Source: an uncultured Actinomycetota bacterium
GTDB lineage: Bacteria > Actinomycetota > Actinomycetes > Propionibacteriales > Nocardioidaceae
NCBI GenBank assembly: GCA_963811385.1
Contig: CAWEQX010000002.1
Span: forward strand, 227,081 to 291,080
DNA length: 64,000 nucleotides
Direction: 5' to 3'
Shown: piece after piece, positions 60,613 to 64,000 of the stretch
Layout of the letters: every line of letters begins with the position of its first letter
Position numbering within the stretch: position 1 is the first letter of the stretch
Program-made: the position numbers and the translations under genes
Notes under the pieces: generated by a model
What the model was told of the DNA's origin: nothing
The model's database searches: none
Seen by the model: the letters and a program-made list of their open reading frames with translations, nothing else

Positions 60613-61514
60613 AGCAGGCACTCCGACCCCTCGCCGGCCCACTCGCCGGTGCTGCGGTGCTCGCGGTCCTGGTGGTGTCCGTCGGGACGGGTCCCTTCGT
60701 GAGGGCGCTCGGGGGGGTGACGGTCCCCGCCGTGACGACGGCGGTGGCGGTGACGGCGCTGACCACCGCCTGTTGCGCGTGGCGCTGGACCTGGACCGCC
60801 CGCCGCCTGGGGCTCGACCTCGACCTGCGGTCCGCGCTCGGCGCCTACTACCGCTCCCAGCTCCTCAACGTGACGCTGCCGGGCGGCGTGCTCGGCGACG
60901 TCCACCGTGCGGTGCGCCACGGCGTGGACGTCTCGGCGGTGCCGGGCGCCGCCCGCGCGGTCCTGTGGGAGCGGGCCGTCGGCCAGGTGCTGCTCGTCGC
61001 CGGCGCGGTCGTCGCGATGGCGTGGCTGCCCGCCGCGGCCCGCACGCCGGCGTACCTCGGGCTCGGGGGCGCCGTCGTCCTCGCCCTGGGCCTGGTCGGC
61101 TGGTGCGTGCACGGGGGGCGGCGGGGGCGGCCCGTGGCCGCGGTCGCCGAGCTGCGCAGGATCGCCGTCGTCGGCCTGTGGCTGCCGCTCTCGCTGTCGG
61201 CGATCGCCGTCCTGGGCCACGTGCTGGTGCTGCTGACCGCGGCGCGCGCCGCGGGGGTCGCGCTGCCCGCGGCGACCGCCGTACCCGTGCTGCTGACCGT
61301 CCTGCTCGGCTCGTCGCTGCCCACCAGCGTGGCCGGCTGGGGACCGCGGGAAGGGACCGCCGCCTGGGTGTTCTCCGCGGCGGGGCTCGGCGCGGCCGGC
61401 GGGGTCACGGTTGCTGCGCTCTACGGGCTCCTCACGTTCCTTGCCGTGCTGCCGGGAGCTGTGCTCCTGCTGGCCGACGCCCTGCCCCGACCGGTCCGCT
61501 GGAGGCCCGCATGA
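60609..61514 (+). CDS. flippase-like membrane protein (lysylphosphatidylglycerol-synthase TM region / UPF0104 family)
   Basis: 301 aa from the ATG in an ATGA overlap with the GT4 stop. About 8 TM helices. The segment YYRSQLLNVTLPGGVLGDVHR is typical of this family. Confidence 0.8.
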   Translation: MKQALRPLAGPLAGAAVLAVLVVSVGTGPFVRALGGVTVPAVTTAVAVTALTTACCAWRWTWTARRLGLDLDLRSALGAYYRSQLLNVTLPGGVLGDVHRAVRHGVDVSAVPGAARAVLWERAVGQVLLVAGAVVAMAWLPAAARTPAYLGLGGAVVLALGLVGWCVHGGRRGRPVAAVAELRRIAVVGLWLPLSLSAIAVLGHVLVLLTAARAAGVALPAATAVPVLLTVLLGSSLPTSVAGWGPREGTAAWVFSAAGLGAAGGVTVAALYGLLTFLAVLPGAVLLLADALPRPVRWRPA

Positions 61515-62221
61515 CCCGCCCCTACGTGCTCCTGAGCTGCTGCCAGTCGCTCGACGGCTACCTCGACACCGCCACCGAGCGGCGCCTCGTGCTCTCCAAC
61601 GCCGCCGACCTCGAGCGGGTCGACCAGGTGCGCGCGAGCTGCGACGCGATCCTGGTCGGCGCGGGCACGATCCGCAGCGACGACCCGCGGCTCGTGGTCC
61701 GGAGCGCGGCGCTGCGCGCGGAGCGGCTCACCCGGGGCCTGCCCGAGACGCCGGCCAAGGTGACGGTCACCGCCGGCGGGCACCTCGACCCCGGCGCACA
61801 GTTCTTCACCACCGGTGAGACCGACAAGCTCGTCTTCTCCCGCAGCTCGGCGGTGCCACGGCTGCGCACCCACCTGGCCGGGGCCGCCGACGTGCTCGAC
61901 GGCGGCCGCCGGGTCTCGATGGGTCTGGTCACCCGGGTCCTGCACGACCGCGGCGTGCGCCGGCTCATGGTCGAGGGCGGGGGCCGGATGCACACCCAGT
62001 TCCTGACGGCAGGGCTGGCCGACGAGCTGCAGCTGGTCGTGGCGCCACTGTTCGTCGGCGACTCGAGGGCACCGCGGTTCGTCCGCGACGGTCGCTTCCG
62101 CTGGGACGAGCAGCACCGGGCGGAGCTGGCCGACGTACGTCGCATCGGTGACGTGGTGCTGCTGCGCTACGCCCTCTCCGAGCGGTTCAGCGAGCTCGAG
62201 GAGCCGGTCAGTGCCGGCTGA
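61511..62221 (+). CDS. RibD C-terminal-domain reductase (pyrimidine reductase / DHFR-like), no deaminase domain
   Basis: 236 aa with an ATGA overlap with the flippase-like stop. Motifs: MTRPYVLLSCCQSLDGYL, DAILVGAGTIRSDDPRL, RLMVEGGGRMHTQFL. Confidence 0.85.
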   Translation: MTRPYVLLSCCQSLDGYLDTATERRLVLSNAADLERVDQVRASCDAILVGAGTIRSDDPRLVVRSAALRAERLTRGLPETPAKVTVTAGGHLDPGAQFFTTGETDKLVFSRSSAVPRLRTHLAGAADVLDGGRRVSMGLVTRVLHDRGVRRLMVEGGGRMHTQFLTAGLADELQLVVAPLFVGDSRAPRFVRDGRFRWDEQHRAELADVRRIGDVVLLRYALSERFSELEEPVSAG

Positions 62222-62852
62222 GCTGCCGCCCGCCGCCGTCCGGGCCGAGGTCGCGCTGCCGGTCCGCCTCGCGGACGGAGGGGTCGTCACCGGGAGGCTC
62301 TCCTCGTTCACCCGGCTCGTCGACGGCAAGGAGCACGTGGCGCTGCGCCTCGACGGCTCCGCGCGGCCGCCGCTCGTGCGACTGCACAGCGAGTGCCTCA
62401 CCGGCGACGTCCTCGGCAGCCGCCGCTGCGACTGCGGCCCCCAGCTCGACGAGGCGCTCACGCGGATCAGCGCGGCCGGCGGCTACCTGCTCTACCTGCG
62501 CCAGGAGGGGCGCGGGATCGGGCTCTACGACAAGCTCGACGCCTACGTCCTGCAGGACCTCGGGCTCGACACCTACGACGCCAACCTGGCGCTCGGTCAC
62601 GACGCGGACGCACGGGACTACACCGTCGCCGCGCAGATGCTGGTCGCCCTCGGAGTGGGCCGGATCGCGCTGCTGAGCAACAACCCGGACAAGGCGGAGC
62701 AGCTGCAACGGTTCGGGATCGACGTCGCCGAGCGGCAACCGACCACCGTGCACGCGAACGCGGACAACGCGCGCTACCTGAGGGCCAAGGCCACCCGAGG
62801 CGGCCACACCCTCGCTACGGGCGGGACAGCGGCGAACCTCGCGCGCCCATAG
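62211..62852 (+). CDS. ribA: GTP cyclohydrolase II (stand-alone)
   Basis: 213 aa from GTG 62211, which overlaps the RibD-C stop by 11 nt. Zn-Cys triad (HSECLTGD...RCDCG), QEGRGIGL, and the catalytic Tyr retained (KLDAYVLQD). There is no fused RibB domain. Confidence 0.92.
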   Translation: MPAELPPAAVRAEVALPVRLADGGVVTGRLSSFTRLVDGKEHVALRLDGSARPPLVRLHSECLTGDVLGSRRCDCGPQLDEALTRISAAGGYLLYLRQEGRGIGLYDKLDAYVLQDLGLDTYDANLALGHDADARDYTVAAQMLVALGVGRIALLSNNPDKAEQLQRFGIDVAERQPTTVHANADNARYLRAKATRGGHTLATGGTAANLARP

Positions 62853-62874
62853 GGGCGCCGGGCTGCCGACGCGA

Positions 62875-63666
62875 TCAGCGGGTCGACACGACGACGGTGC
62901 CCGCCGCCTTGTCGTGAAGGGCCTGACGCCGGCTGTCCCACAGGGGCCAGAGCCGGTCGAGGGCGTAGAAGCCCACCACGGCGAGCCCGGCGAAAGGGAT
63001 CACGTTGAGGACGTTGACACCCACCTTGACCGCCCAGCGCATCACCGCCCGGCCGACACCGACCACGCCTCCGCCGACGGCAGGCTCGACCTGCAGGTGC
63101 AGCACCAGCTTCCCGGGCGTGGCCTGCAACGTGGCGACGAAGCCCACCTCGTAGGCGAGGGCCACACCGAGGTAGACCAGGGTGACGCCGAGGACCGGGA
63201 CCACCATCTGGCCGAGCAGCTGACCGGACCCGGGCAGAGGTGACCCGTTGTCCTGCGCGGCCTGGACGGAGGTGGCGTAGTCCTCGAACGCCCGCAGGAG
63301 GCGACCGATCAGACGGATCGACAGGAGGATCGAGAGCAGCTGGACCACGAAGCCGTCGATGATGGCGGCCATCCACCGTGTCCCCCACCGCGCCAGGGTG
63401 GCGCCCCGCGCGACGCGGTCAACCTCTCCGTCGACGGCTGCTGCGACGATCGCCCGCGCCTCGGCGTCACCGGCCTGAGCACGCGCGCGGACCTCGGCGA
63501 CGCGCTCACGCCTGTCGGCGAGGTCCGCCTCGGACCACTGCCGTCTCTCCGCCCGCGTCGCCGCCCGCAGCTGCTCGGTCCATGCGCGGCCGTCCCAGTA
63601 GCGCGCGACGTCGAAGGACCCCGACCTGACGGGGTCGGGGTACCACCCCGGTTCGTTCCCGGACAT
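62875..63666 (-). CDS. DUF2510 + RDD-family membrane protein
   Basis: 263 aa. The N-terminal GWYPDP...RYWDGRAWT motif is DUF2510. The C-terminal RDD-type TM domain ends with DKAAGTVVV. Confidence 0.8.
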   Translation of the reverse strand: MSGNEPGWYPDPVRSGSFDVARYWDGRAWTEQLRAATRAERRQWSEADLADRRERVAEVRARAQAGDAEARAIVAAAVDGEVDRVARGATLARWGTRWMAAIIDGFVVQLLSILLSIRLIGRLLRAFEDYATSVQAAQDNGSPLPGSGQLLGQMVVPVLGVTLVYLGVALAYEVGFVATLQATPGKLVLHLQVEPAVGGGVVGVGRAVMRWAVKVGVNVLNVIPFAGLAVVGFYALDRLWPLWDSRRQALHDKAAGTVVVSTR

Positions 63667-63758
63667 GACTCCCCCTGGATCTCCTGGTCCGTCCTCGGTG
63701 CGGAGACCGTACCTGTCCGGGAAGCACGCAGTCCGGAGCCAGTGACTGGGGCGGACTG

Positions 63759-64000
63759 TCAGGGTGCGCTGTGCAGGATGAGGACGTCGGGGTGCAGCTC
63801 GATGAAGTCGGCGGCCTCGAATCCGGCGACGATGTCGTCGAGGCGCCGGTCGACGAGGGCGAGGAGCGCCGCGTTGCTGATGTTGCCGGTCGCAACCAGC
63901 AGGAGGCGGCGTGGCGACCCGGTCACGGTGTGGGAGTGTCGGAAGTCGGAGTCCTTGGTGACCACGGTCGCCTGCTGAGCGTCGGCGTGTTCTGCGATCT
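63759..64000 (-). CDS. DUF5615-like PIN-fold (Mut7-C-type) toxin candidate, 5' end beyond the window
   Basis: The C-terminal portion reads ...ATVVTKDSDFRHSHTVTGSPRRLLLVATGNISNAALLALV... The reading frame stays open to the window edge. Confidence 0.6.
   Translation of the reverse strand, partial: IAEHADAQQATVVTKDSDFRHSHTVTGSPRRLLLVATGNISNAALLALVDRRLDDIVAGFEAADFIELHPDVLILHSAP

Overview
This is a 64-kb window of a very high-GC chromosome, about 70% or more by eye. It looks actinobacterial: furA-katG, menB, a mycothiol/DinB-type enzyme, SARP and ECF regulators, and many apparently leaderless genes. A Nocardioides-like or Propionibacteriales origin is only a guess.

I support about 58 protein genes, one tRNA-Gly(CCC) and several repeats and regulatory candidates. 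There are no rRNA genes, CRISPR arrays, transposases or integrases.

Gene content from left to right:
- 0-9 kb: a histidine-utilisation cluster (hutI, hutF, an M20 amidohydrolase, hutU, a SnoaL-like gene, hutH) with a divergent IclR regulator.
- 9-12.4 kb: secreted cell-envelope proteins.
- 12.5-22 kb: a large membrane Fe-S (CCG-domain) oxidoreductase and a FadE5-like acyl-CoA dehydrogenase. Both are preceded by the same GGAAGTTAC-N6-GTAGCA site.
- 17-32 kb: housekeeping genes (dcd, tRNA-Gly, menB, pckG, WS/DGAT).
- 32.5-39 kb: a GH3 lipoprotein downstream of a 1407-aa membrane-tethered SARP-STAND-beta-propeller regulator. Its upstream region carries three perfect 10-bp direct repeats phased at 11 and 22 bp, next to a divergent small secreted protein gene.
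- 40-45 kb: two DHA2 MFS exporters with a MarR regulator.
- 45-54 kb: furA-katG, CsbD-like stress proteins, a desaturase plus MBL-fold pair, and a GlcD-like oxidase.
- 54-63 kb: the most interesting block. An ECF sigma/ZAS anti-sigma pair and a CDP-alcohol-phosphatidyltransferase::sulfatase fusion lie divergent from six translationally coupled genes: BchC-like dehydrogenase, PTPS-like, GT4, flippase-like, RibD-C reductase and GTP cyclohydrolase II.

That block looks like an uncharacterised envelope-lipid or polyol-phosphate pathway. As assembled, its first three genes carry five frameshifts within about 1.3 kb.

All functional calls come from motif and family recognition by eye. No database searches were run.
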